Virus record (IMG/VR): IMGVR_UViG_3300017700_000470
Coordinates: 1 to 46,276 of that record
Direction: 5' to 3' (one strand)
Origin: a virus
Lineage: Duplodnaviria > Caudoviricetes
DNA: 46,276 nt
The translations under genes were made by a program, and so were the position numbers. The notes beneath the pieces were generated by a model that searched no databases, was not told the origin of the DNA, and was given only the letters and a program-made list of their open reading frames with translations. This document shows positions 9,063-16,250 of the stretch, piece by piece. Every line of letters starts with the position of its first letter. Position 1 is the first letter of the stretch.

Positions 9063-9094
9063 TCGTCTACTTTAATTAACCAAGGACCCGCATC

Positions 9095-9376
9095 ATGCCT
9101 GTGACCACTTACGACCAAGAACCCGCACCCCGCGCATCGAGCGCCATCACTTTCCCCCGCTTGATGCAAGACACCCGAACGGGCGGCGTCTACCTCGTGC
9201 ATTGCCATAACGGAACAGGCTTTGAAGGCACATTGGTGCACACGCAGGCGTCCGATAACGGCAAATCGTGGGCATCCCCCGTGAATGACGCGGTAGGCGA
9301 ATACCGGGACAACCTCAACCCCGCGTATCTCCGCAGCTACAACCGCTTCGTATCCCTCCAGAACAGCGAGGCCTAA
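9095..9376 (+). CDS. Hypothetical protein
   Basis: SD AAGGA; first gene after the promoter. Confidence 0.75.
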   Translation: MPVTTYDQEPAPRASSAITFPRLMQDTRTGGVYLVHCHNGTGFEGTLVHTQASDNGKSWASPVNDAVGEYRDNLNPAYLRSYNRFVSLQNSEA

Positions 9377-9377
9377 C

Positions 9378-9878
9378 ATGCATGTAGCTATCGGCATCAC
9401 CCTGCAGCACAAGGCCACCGGCACCCCTTGCCGCATCAGTGCCATCAGCGCCCAAGCCATCGCGCTGGTACAGGAATACGGCGAGGGGTACAGCATTTCC
9501 CCGGACGCGCTGGCGAAACAGTTTCAAGAATTCGGCCCCGAGTACGAACTGCACGAGAGCCACAAGGACGGCGCGCACTCCATAACCATGGTGCACCTTG
9601 AGCGCTGCCCGTTCTGTGGCTCCACCAATCTGGACCCGGCGGCCGGCCTGTCCGGCCCGGTTGATGGAATCGAGTACACCAACGAGCCCGGCTGCGATGA
9701 CTGCGGCGCAACGGCCCCGAGCGTGGCGGCATGGAATAAACGCATGATCGCGCCGCCGGTTGCCGTGCTAACAGTAGACGTGCACGCACCTACCAACAAT
9801 ATCCAAATTGCCACGCCACGGGGCCATGAGTTGGAAAGCGGCAATTACAACGTCTACAAGCAAGGCGGCGCACCATGA
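9378..9878 (+). CDS. Protein with a Lar (restriction alleviation)-like Zn-ribbon domain
   Basis: LERCPFCGS...CDDCGA...AAWNKR. Confidence 0.7.
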   Translation: MHVAIGITLQHKATGTPCRISAISAQAIALVQEYGEGYSISPDALAKQFQEFGPEYELHESHKDGAHSITMVHLERCPFCGSTNLDPAAGLSGPVDGIEYTNEPGCDDCGATAPSVAAWNKRMIAPPVAVLTVDVHAPTNNIQIATPRGHELESGNYNVYKQGGAP

Positions 9879-10081
9879 ACACCGCACTTGTGTGGGTTTT
9901 GTTTACGTTGCCTTATGCGGGCAGTTACGCGCAAATACCCCCGGCATCGTTGGGCATGTTTGCCACGGTGGGGGAATGCGAACGCGTGAGGCGCATTGTC
10001 TTTGCGCAGCACACCGACCGCCAACGCAACAGCACGGCATTGGATGGCCAGTGCGTGCAAGTTACGGCGGTGCTGAAATGA
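9875..10081 (+). CDS. Small hypothetical protein with a hydrophobic N-terminus
   Basis: ATGA coupling at both ends. Confidence 0.65.
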   Translation: MNTALVWVLFTLPYAGSYAQIPPASLGMFATVGECERVRRIVFAQHTDRQRNSTALDGQCVQVTAVLK

Positions 10082-10302
10082 GCCCGCATATCCGTGTGCA
10101 GGTAGAGCATGTGCTGCAGCAAGGCCGCGCGGTTTGCGTCCCGCAATGCCTGCTAGGTTTGCCCACTCACACCTTGGTGAACCACAATTTACCGGCGGTG
10201 TTTGTCCCCGCGATGGCTAGTCAAAAAGACTGCAAGCGATGTGGGCAGCCTAACCACCCTGCCGCGCCTGAGTGTGCCCGGTGTTTCTGGCCTGCGTCAT
10301 GA
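10078..10302 (+). CDS. Small Zn-finger hypothetical protein
   Basis: ATGA coupling; CKRCG...CARC. Confidence 0.6.
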   Translation: MSPHIRVQVEHVLQQGRAVCVPQCLLGLPTHTLVNHNLPAVFVPAMASQKDCKRCGQPNHPAAPECARCFWPAS

Positions 10303-10676
10303 CGTGGCTAACAATCCTCCCCTACCTGCTATCCGTCTGGACCCTGTGCGCCATGTGGCTGGCCGGAAGCAACCCCCGGCACGGTTGGTACATGGCCCTA
10401 GCCGGGCAGGTGCTGTGGTTCGCGTATACATGGGCCGCCGACGCGTGGGGATTCCTGCCGCTCAATATCGGTTTGACGTTCGTTTACTTGCGCAACTTCG
10501 CCAAGGCCGCAAAGCGCCCGGATACCACGTGGGAGCTACAGCAGGCGTTACACACGATGATTTTCTACGCGGCGAAGGGGCACCCGCAGGGAAACCGCAC
10601 ACCCTCTGCGCAGGAAAGCATAAACGATGCACGCGCCCTGCTAGGGCGTACGGGGTATTACGGAGACGCACCATGA
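10299..10676 (+). CDS. Small multi-TM membrane protein (PnuC-like phage family)
   Basis: Hydrophobic helices and GW...GQVLW pattern; ATGA coupling. Confidence 0.6.
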   Translation: MTWLTILPYLLSVWTLCAMWLAGSNPRHGWYMALAGQVLWFAYTWAADAWGFLPLNIGLTFVYLRNFAKAAKRPDTTWELQQALHTMIFYAAKGHPQGNRTPSAQESINDARALLGRTGYYGDAP

Positions 10677-10777
10677 GGCACAAAGTCTACTTGTATGTAT
10701 GCGCAGTGTGCCTCATGTTCGGGCTCACGTGGGCGGCGGGGGTATGGCTAATGATTTGGGTGGGACTCCAAGAATAA
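10673..10777 (+). CDS. 34-aa single-TM peptide
   Basis: ATGA coupling; MRHKVYLYVCAVCLMFGLTWAAGVWLMIWVGLQE. Confidence 0.5.
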   Translation: MRHKVYLYVCAVCLMFGLTWAAGVWLMIWVGLQE

Positions 10778-10845
10778 TTAATGTAATACGTGAATTAGTT
10801 CACACACAAACCGCAATTGTTGTATTACATTAATACCCATCAACA
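10777..10845 (+). promoter_or_regulatory. Class B early promoter with two inverted AATT-N3-GTAWTAC boxes
   Basis: Boxes at 10783-10796 (-) and 10815-10828 (+); -10 TACATT at 10826; 31 bp identical (inverted) to 14658-14688. Confidence 0.75.
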
Positions 10846-10865
10846 GCCCAACGGAGCTACACACC

Positions 10866-11309
10866 ATGACCACGATTGCCCAGCAACTTATCGCCCTTGA
10901 GCATCAAGCACAGAACGTGCGCGCACGTACGGCTACGGCGGAAATCAACGGTCACAGCGTCACGGTGAAACTGTCAGACGAAACCAAAAAGTATCGTGCT
11001 ACATGGGCGGTAGACAATCGCGCCTTGTCCTACCCCGTGGTGTCCCGCCTGTTCAATGCCGCTAAACCCGTGCAGGGCGGCACCATGGAAACCCTGCCGA
11101 ACCCGGAGTACCAGCCCGCACACATGACGTTCCCCGGCACTGGCCGTTTCGGGCGCGCACCCTCAATCACCCCTGACGCACAAGCCCGGGCTATCGAGGC
11201 CTTCCGCGCACTGACCCCCGCACAGCAAGCGGAGTTTTTCGTAATCATCGCGCATGATGACACGATGCCCGCCAACGTCCGTGCCGTCGCTGCAGGGCGG
11301 CCCGCATGA
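10866..11309 (+). CDS. Early hypothetical protein
   Basis: SD GGAG; first gene after the class B promoter. Confidence 0.8.
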   Translation: MTTIAQQLIALEHQAQNVRARTATAEINGHSVTVKLSDETKKYRATWAVDNRALSYPVVSRLFNAAKPVQGGTMETLPNPEYQPAHMTFPGTGRFGRAPSITPDAQARAIEAFRALTPAQQAEFFVIIAHDDTMPANVRAVAAGRPA

Positions 11310-11653
11310 GCCCCGTTAAACGCCTTGTAGCCATGGTGGAGGCTGCACACACCACCAGCGACGGGCACGCAATGGCTACGATTGAGGGGTACGGTGTGCG
11401 GCTTCAATTGCCCCGCCCGCCAAACAGGTTGCGCCATTCATGGATCGTAAACGGTAAGGTAATGGGGTTTTTCGCAATGTCGGAACTGCTAGAGCGTGCC
11501 TACCGACTAAACCACCCCGCGCCCGCCAAGGTGGAAGTTATCCCGCCGCTCCCCAAGGGCACGGAAGCTACCGACACCTGCCCGGTAGGTTGGGCGTATT
11601 CAGATGAACAAATGTTGGAGTACGCACGGGCGTATCACAAAGCCAATGCGTAA
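11306..11653 (+). CDS. Hypothetical protein
   Basis: ATGA coupling. Confidence 0.7.
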   Translation: MSPVKRLVAMVEAAHTTSDGHAMATIEGYGVRLQLPRPPNRLRHSWIVNGKVMGFFAMSELLERAYRLNHPAPAKVEVIPPLPKGTEATDTCPVGWAYSDEQMLEYARAYHKANA

Positions 11654-11801
11654 GGTCAACTACATGCACGCCCGACACCTCACGGAGTCCCTCACCCGCC
11701 GGGCGCACGTGCAGAGCTTCCAAGCCATGCAAGCGGCCATGACCGCCGGTACCCCATTCACCCTTTATAACGCAAAGCACCATGACCAACCCCGCCGTTA
11801 A
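11646..11801 (+). CDS. Small hypothetical protein
   Basis: Fills the operon gap and overlaps both neighbours. Confidence 0.45.
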   Translation: MRKVNYMHARHLTESLTRRAHVQSFQAMQAAMTAGTPFTLYNAKHHDQPRR

Positions 11802-12021
11802 AGCCGACGCCATCAAGCAGATAGACATGCTCTGCGCCGTGGCGGGCCTCACGAGCTACACGGACCTGCACAAACTGGGTGGTGGCCTGCTTAGCTTCAT
11901 GGAAACCGTACACCGGGGCATGCCGTGGATTCCTGCCGCAGGCGAAACCCCCGAAAGCATCACCAACCGCGCCAAGGCCATAGAGGCCGCCCGGCGCATC
12001 CTTAAGGACGCCACAGCATGA
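11782..12021 (+). CDS. Hypothetical protein
   Basis: Operon continuity; ATGA coupling downstream. Confidence 0.7.
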   Translation: MTNPAVKADAIKQIDMLCAVAGLTSYTDLHKLGGGLLSFMETVHRGMPWIPAAGETPESITNRAKAIEAARRILKDATA

Positions 12022-12218
12022 AACGCTACCCCATGGCCCACAAAATCCACATCCCGCCCGGCACGGAGCGTGTAGACATGTACCACACCGATGTGGCGGC
12101 CACGTTTAAACGCGTGCGCAAGCAACAGGCTGCAGCGGCGGCAGTGGTCGTACTGCCCGCCCTCGTGCTGGATAGCCTCCCTTCCGTTCGCCCCTTCACC
12201 CGTTACCGCAAAGGATAA
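12018..12218 (+). CDS. Hypothetical protein
   Basis: SD AAGGA; ATGA coupling. Confidence 0.65.
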   Translation: MKRYPMAHKIHIPPGTERVDMYHTDVAATFKRVRKQQAAAAAVVVLPALVLDSLPSVRPFTRYRKG

Positions 12219-12224
12219 AGCATC

Positions 12225-12908
12225 ATGAAATTCCCTTCAATCGTCCGCGCCCTGCAGCACCTTGAATCCTGCATTTTCCCTGCCGCGTTCGCGTGGGCTC
12301 CGGACCAACGCACCGCCGCAACGGAAGCGCTCAAAGAGGCCCGGGACGAACTGGCCGCGATGCCGGAGCCCTCCACGCGGTTGGACTACTGGCCGTGCTG
12401 CACCGTCTGCCGCTCGCCTTTCGACTTTGACCCGGACGAACCGTTTGCTTACTGCAAATGCGGCACAACCGAATGGGGTAACCCGCGCCCCGCGCCGCAT
12501 CTGTCCATGTCGCCTGCAGTTGCGCCACACGGCCCCGTCACAGCAGAGGTTGCCACCGTGGGTAACGTGTCGGTGCGCACGGAGTACGGGCCCCCGGGTG
12601 CTATGGCCCTTGATGCCTTATTGGATGAATTGTGCGGCGGATGGCGTGCGGGGGAAGACGCCCCCTACATGTCCCAACGACTGGCCGCCATCCGCCGCCT
12701 TGCGTCCCGGGTAGCCCCATTCAACTCTGCTCACTTTATCGCACTTACGCCCGCTGAAATTCAAAGCGGCTCCGACCGCGTGAAGTGGGCGGAAGGCCTT
12801 ATTCGTCAACTGCCCGTAGACCATGACGGGCGTAACAGTTGGCTATTGAACTACGGCGCATGCGTGGCCCCCGCGTTGTCCGAAGTAACGCCGCATCACT
12901 CCGCATGA
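12225..12908 (+). CDS. Mosaic hypothetical protein with a Zn-ribbon
   Basis: SD AAGGA; CCTVC..CKC; C-terminal RVKWAEGLIRQLP.DHDGRNSWLLNYG block. Confidence 0.7.
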   Translation: MKFPSIVRALQHLESCIFPAAFAWAPDQRTAATEALKEARDELAAMPEPSTRLDYWPCCTVCRSPFDFDPDEPFAYCKCGTTEWGNPRPAPHLSMSPAVAPHGPVTAEVATVGNVSVRTEYGPPGAMALDALLDELCGGWRAGEDAPYMSQRLAAIRRLASRVAPFNSAHFIALTPAEIQSGSDRVKWAEGLIRQLPVDHDGRNSWLLNYGACVAPALSEVTPHHSA

Positions 12909-13168
12909 TGTGGGTAACAGGCCTGCCCGGGGCGGTAACCGGCATTAACTGCAAGCCGTGCGAAACCGTGAAGGACTTGCTGGATTCTGTGGAAGCCGCC
13001 AACAACAGCACCGGCGGCCACATCGAGCTAACCGGCGGGCGTCTCATCGCCTACCGTGACAAGGTGGGCACGTTCCGTGCGTCCTACCAAGACCACCACG
13101 CCTGCATAGAACGCAAGTTCCCGGGCAAAACCCAACTTGCCGAATTTCTCAAGGAGTACGCATCGTGA
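12905..13168 (+). CDS. Hypothetical protein
   Basis: ATGA coupling. Confidence 0.65.
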   Translation: MMWVTGLPGAVTGINCKPCETVKDLLDSVEAANNSTGGHIELTGGRLIAYRDKVGTFRASYQDHHACIERKFPGKTQLAEFLKEYAS

Positions 13169-13452
13169 ATGTAGACATTTTCCTAGCCGTAGCGTTTTGG
13201 TTGCTTGGCCTGTTGGTAGCGGTTACCCTCGTGCGTTCCCGCATCAGGGTCCGCCACGTCCAACGCCTGACCATGTTTACCGACGACGAAATTGCAGCAC
13301 TGGAAAAGCACCCGGCCAGCCTGCAACACGTGGCCGCCATCAACCGTGAATGGGCGGAGGGCCAAACCGAATGGGGCAACCCGGCGCAATATCGCGTGCT
13401 GTACGACCGTTCCGCATTCTTTGCCGCAGAGGCTGAAAGGCATACACCATGA
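13165..13452 (+). CDS. Membrane-anchored hypothetical protein
   Basis: SD AAGGAG, GTG start, N-terminal TM. Confidence 0.7.
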   Translation: MNVDIFLAVAFWLLGLLVAVTLVRSRIRVRHVQRLTMFTDDEIAALEKHPASLQHVAAINREWAEGQTEWGNPAQYRVLYDRSAFFAAEAERHTP

Positions 13453-13901
13453 GCATAGGCGACTGCCCCCACTGGCCCGAATGCGGCCACCAATCCCATG
13501 GCGCATGCGATGCCACCGGCCCGGGTGATGCCCGGGTGCCCAAAGTGTGCACCGGTTGCCCTTCCCCCGCTCATTGCACGGAAGCCCCGGCAACGCGCTG
13601 CGGCTTCGGGCGGCCACCTCTGCATCAACCCAAGCCCGAAAAGCGCGCCACAGGGCCGCAATTCGGCTTGCCGGGCGAAGTATTGGGTTACGGTTACCCG
13701 GATTGGCCCGCAGACCTGACCACTTACGCGGAACGCAAGGCCTACCAGCGAGGTATTGCGGACGCCCGGGCACTGGAAAAATACTTTGCACCAGAGCCTG
13801 CAACCCAAACAGGACGGGCGCAACCAGCTATCAAAAGCATAGCGCCCCCGGATGTGAAACGCGCCGCCATGGGATTACGGGGGCCAAAATGCCACGAGTA
13901 A
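13449..13901 (+). CDS. Cys-rich hypothetical protein
   Basis: ATGA coupling; multiple Cys/His. Confidence 0.6.
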   Translation: MSIGDCPHWPECGHQSHGACDATGPGDARVPKVCTGCPSPAHCTEAPATRCGFGRPPLHQPKPEKRATGPQFGLPGEVLGYGYPDWPADLTTYAERKAYQRGIADARALEKYFAPEPATQTGRAQPAIKSIAPPDVKRAAMGLRGPKCHE

Positions 13902-14074
13902 ACCAACGAGGCGAGCCCATAGAGGACCAATACCTTTGGGAGCTTGAGGCCCTATCGCACAAGGACCTATGCACCGTGGTGGCCCTGTTGTTGCAGCATC
14001 TGGAATTGTCAGCCTACCGCACCAACGCTACCAAGCACGGCAACACGGAAATAGAACTAAGGCCCGCAGCATGA
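13889..14074 (+). CDS. Hypothetical protein
   Basis: MPRVNQRGEPIEDQ...; ATGA coupling downstream. Confidence 0.6.
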   Translation: MPRVNQRGEPIEDQYLWELEALSHKDLCTVVALLLQHLELSAYRTNATKHGNTEIELRPAA

Positions 14075-14265
14075 GCGCCCCCGGCTGCTTCCCGCGCGTC
14101 ACAGTGCGCTACGCGGACGGCACGCCCCGGGAATGGGTGATGGTGCCCACGTCGGCCCAACGCCGTAAAGACCGGCGAAGCGCCCGGCGCGTAACTCGAC
14201 ACCTGCAGCACCCAGACTGTGCCAAGCAGTTAGCCTGGGTAAAGCGGTGCGCCCGCAATGGATAG
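14071..14265 (+). CDS. Small basic hypothetical protein
   Basis: ATGA coupling. Confidence 0.55.
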   Translation: MSAPGCFPRVTVRYADGTPREWVMVPTSAQRRKDRRSARRVTRHLQHPDCAKQLAWVKRCARNG

Positions 14266-14428
14266 CCTCACGCTCCACTACCGCGCGGTCAACGCGGCCC
14301 GCACTGTGGTGGAGCTACGGGAAAAGGAGCGTGTCTGTCGTGCCGCCAAGCTCAAGGCCAGCGCCAAGGACCTACGCCGCCGCATCAAGTACGCGGAAGA
14401 CACGGTACTACAAACCCTCAAGGGCTAA
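14258..14428 (+). CDS. 56-aa basic helical protein (not in the ORF track)
   Basis: MDSLTLHYRAVNAARTVVELREKERVCRAAKLKASAKDLRRRIKYAEDTVLQTLKG; its stop overlaps the convergent gene. Confidence 0.55.
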   Translation: MDSLTLHYRAVNAARTVVELREKERVCRAAKLKASAKDLRRRIKYAEDTVLQTLKG

Positions 14429-14640
14429 GCGCTGAGTATCTGCGGTTTCAAGCCTGCGGCGCTCATGTCGCACCAAGCACGGTCCGCGTGATACACGCTC
14501 AGACTTGCCGCTTTATTTACTTCGTTTGTGTACCCCCAATCTCCCACGGCTCCCCGGGTGATAAGACCCGGTTTTATTTCACGAACATATAACGCGGAAG
14601 CGGTTAGGGGGCAGGTGCCGGAAACAATAATTTTTGACAT
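14425..14640 (-). CDS. Early hypothetical protein (71 aa)
   Basis: SD AAAGGA within the 43-bp cassette; ATG at 14640. Confidence 0.75.
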   Translation of the reverse strand: MSKIIVSGTCPLTASALYVREIKPGLITRGAVGDWGYTNEVNKAASLSVYHADRAWCDMSAAGLKPQILSA

Positions 14641-14700
14641 TTGCGGGTCCTTTGCGTTGTTGATGGGTATTAATGTAATACAACAATTAATTGCCGTCAA
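14640..14700 (-). promoter_or_regulatory. Class B promoter/RBS cassette
   Basis: TTGACG-17-TACATT; 14640-14682 identical to 16185-16227. Confidence 0.8.
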
Positions 14701-14701
14701 C

Positions 14702-14739
14702 AAAAAGCCCCGCAACTTTTGAGGGTTAACGGGGCTTTT
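14702..14739 (-). terminator. Rho-independent terminator (probably bidirectional)
   Basis: AAAAGCCCCG...CGGGGCTTTTT. Confidence 0.8.
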
Positions 14740-14775
14740 CTCTTCCGATTCTTCGCGATGGGGGAGACGATAGAG

Positions 14776-14796
14776 CTACATGACAGATTCTCCTTT
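14776..14796 (-). other. Start-stop minigene (AAAGGAGA-7nt-ATG TAG)
   Basis: Strong SD at optimal spacing before an ATG that is immediately followed by TAG. Confidence 0.55.
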
Positions 14797-14835
14797 AGGT
14801 GGATTGGAGTCTCAAGTTTGGCAACTACGAGACGG

Positions 14836-15057
14836 TCAGATTAACCGGATTTGCACAAAGCCGCAAGTCGATTTTGTAAAGGCCGACGGGGCCAACAGAG
14901 CTACATCCCGGCAGGCGTGGCAACGGGCGTAACGGACCCCGGGCCACTGCACCATGCAGTTACCCCGGTTGACCTTGACCACACGTCCTACGAGGTCGTC
15001 CAGCACCACGAGCGCGCCCTTACGAACCTTGCGCATGCCGGTGCTGTCTGCGTTCAC
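14836..15057 (-). CDS. Small hypothetical protein (SH3-like beta pattern)
   Basis: Operon continuity; KGALVVL..LVGRVVKV..CMVQW. Confidence 0.6.
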   Translation of the reverse strand: MNADSTGMRKVRKGALVVLDDLVGRVVKVNRGNCMVQWPGVRYARCHACRDVALLAPSAFTKSTCGFVQIRLI

Positions 15058-15059
15058 GG

Positions 15060-15272
15060 CTAGTAATCTCCGTTAGCGAGAATTTTCACCGTGGCGGGCG
15101 TATTTGACGCGGCAACGCAAAATAAGGTAAGGGTAGGCGCTTCCGCTTGCGGCAGGTTAGCGGCGGCCAAAGCGGCCAGTAAGAGCTTCATTGCGGACTT
15201 GTCGCCCCGGGCGATAACAACAGCGTACCCGGCGAGCCACACTCCGTGAAATTCAGCGGTGTATACATTCAT
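15060..15272 (-). CDS. Hypothetical protein
   Basis: SD TAAGGA. Confidence 0.75.
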   Translation of the reverse strand: MNVYTAEFHGVWLAGYAVVIARGDKSAMKLLLAALAAANLPQAEAPTLTLFCVAASNTPATVKILANGDY

Positions 15273-15338
15273 TTTGCAAAGTCCTTATCTTTGGGTGGTA
15301 TCGAGAAAACGTGCGGCGGATGGTGCGTATATCGGCGG

Positions 15339-15602
15339 TCATTTGTAGTACGTCACGCCGTCGTCACAGAGCCATCCGGTTTTATCCGGAGTGGAGCCCA
15401 CACCTATAACCATTTGCCCCTTGGGGCTCACGGAGAAAGTATTGAACACAGACCCGTCTACTTTGGCGACAACGCGGCAAGCGTGGGCAACTTTGAAGGC
15501 GTCCCACTCTTTGGCCTCTGCAGTAACCAGCACCCACACCCACACGATAAACGCCACAAAGGCAACGGGCAACGCAAAGCAGATAAAAATAAAGAGCTTC
15601 AT
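15339..15602 (-). CDS. Membrane-anchored hypothetical protein
   Basis: N-terminal TM; SD GAGGT; C-terminal WLCDDGVTYY. Confidence 0.75.
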   Translation of the reverse strand: MKLFIFICFALPVAFVAFIVWVWVLVTAEAKEWDAFKVAHACRVVAKVDGSVFNTFSVSPKGQMVIGVGSTPDKTGWLCDDGVTYYK

Positions 15603-15754
15603 GCGAACACCTCACCCATCAAGGCCACGAGGCCGAACACCAGCGCCAGCAGTACCCCGGCGGTACAGACGAACCCAACGGTATTGCCTGCCATAAGCAT
15701 GACCGTGCCGATAACCAGCATGCTGACCAACCAGACGGTTATAAAGGCTTTCAT
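15599..15754 (-). CDS. 51-aa two-TM membrane peptide (not in the ORF track)
   Basis: MKAFITVWLVSMLVIGTVMLMAGNTVGFVCTAGVLLALVFGLVALMGEVFA; ATGA coupling at both ends. Confidence 0.65.
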   Translation of the reverse strand: MKAFITVWLVSMLVIGTVMLMAGNTVGFVCTAGVLLALVFGLVALMGEVFA

Positions 15755-16014
15755 TTGTCACCCCCGAGCGGGTAGAACGCTGGGCCAAACCCAATACGCT
15801 GCGGGCCGGTTTCCTTGGGTGCGGGGGCCGCTTTCAAACACTTGCGGCATTCGCACGACTTGGGGGCCTCGTGCACATACCCACCGGGCGGCATGCGCCC
15901 GTAGGCGGTGGCCTCGTGCCCGCAGGACAACACACACGTAAAGTAGTTATGCGCGTTCATGCCCATGTTGGATTTATGGCTGGAAACGACTTTGCGGCGT
16001 GGTGCGGCTTTCAT
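15751..16014 (-). CDS. Small Zn-binding hypothetical protein
   Basis: LSCGH...CRKC; ATGA coupling. Confidence 0.65.
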   Translation of the reverse strand: MKAAPRRKVVSSHKSNMGMNAHNYFTCVLSCGHEATAYGRMPPGGYVHEAPKSCECRKCLKAAPAPKETGPQRIGFGPAFYPLGGDK

Positions 16015-16184
16015 TTCACACCAATCACGCTGCGTTGTGCGGCCAGTCGGGCGGCGGTAGCCGTAGCGAATTTGCGGACCTTGCCCGCGTCGGTGCAAAG
16101 GGTCTTGCGGTTTACGGCGGCCTCGTAAGGGCGGTGAAGTTGGCCGGGAACTTTGAACACTTCAATTTTGGCGGGGGTAGACAT
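16011..16184 (-). CDS. 57-aa early protein (not in the ORF track)
   Basis: MSTPAKIEVFKVPGQLHRPYEAAVNRKTLCTDAGKVRKFATATAARLAAQRSVIGVK; follows the cassette SD. Confidence 0.7.
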   Translation of the reverse strand: MSTPAKIEVFKVPGQLHRPYEAAVNRKTLCTDAGKVRKFATATAARLAAQRSVIGVK

Positions 16185-16245
16185 TTTGCGGGTCCTTTGC
16201 GTTGTTGATGGGTATTAATGTAATACATCAATTAGCGCCGCGCAA
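16185..16245 (-). promoter_or_regulatory. Class B promoter/RBS cassette
   Basis: TTGCGC-17-TACATT; 43-bp identity with 14640-14682. Confidence 0.75.
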
Positions 16246-16250
16246 GTGAT

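Noticed and set aside
14641-14715. N-terminal extension MRGFLLTAINCC... of ORF 14425-14715
   Set aside because: It runs through a terminator and a promoter; the SD supports ATG 14640
14740-14835. Possible tRNA in the non-coding gap
   Set aside because: No cloverleaf, T-loop GTTCRA or CCA arrangement is recognisable
10777-16245. Class B repeats as a CRISPR mini-array or att sites
   Set aside because: They are kilobases apart, in mixed orientation and coincide with promoter/RBS elements; there is no integrase
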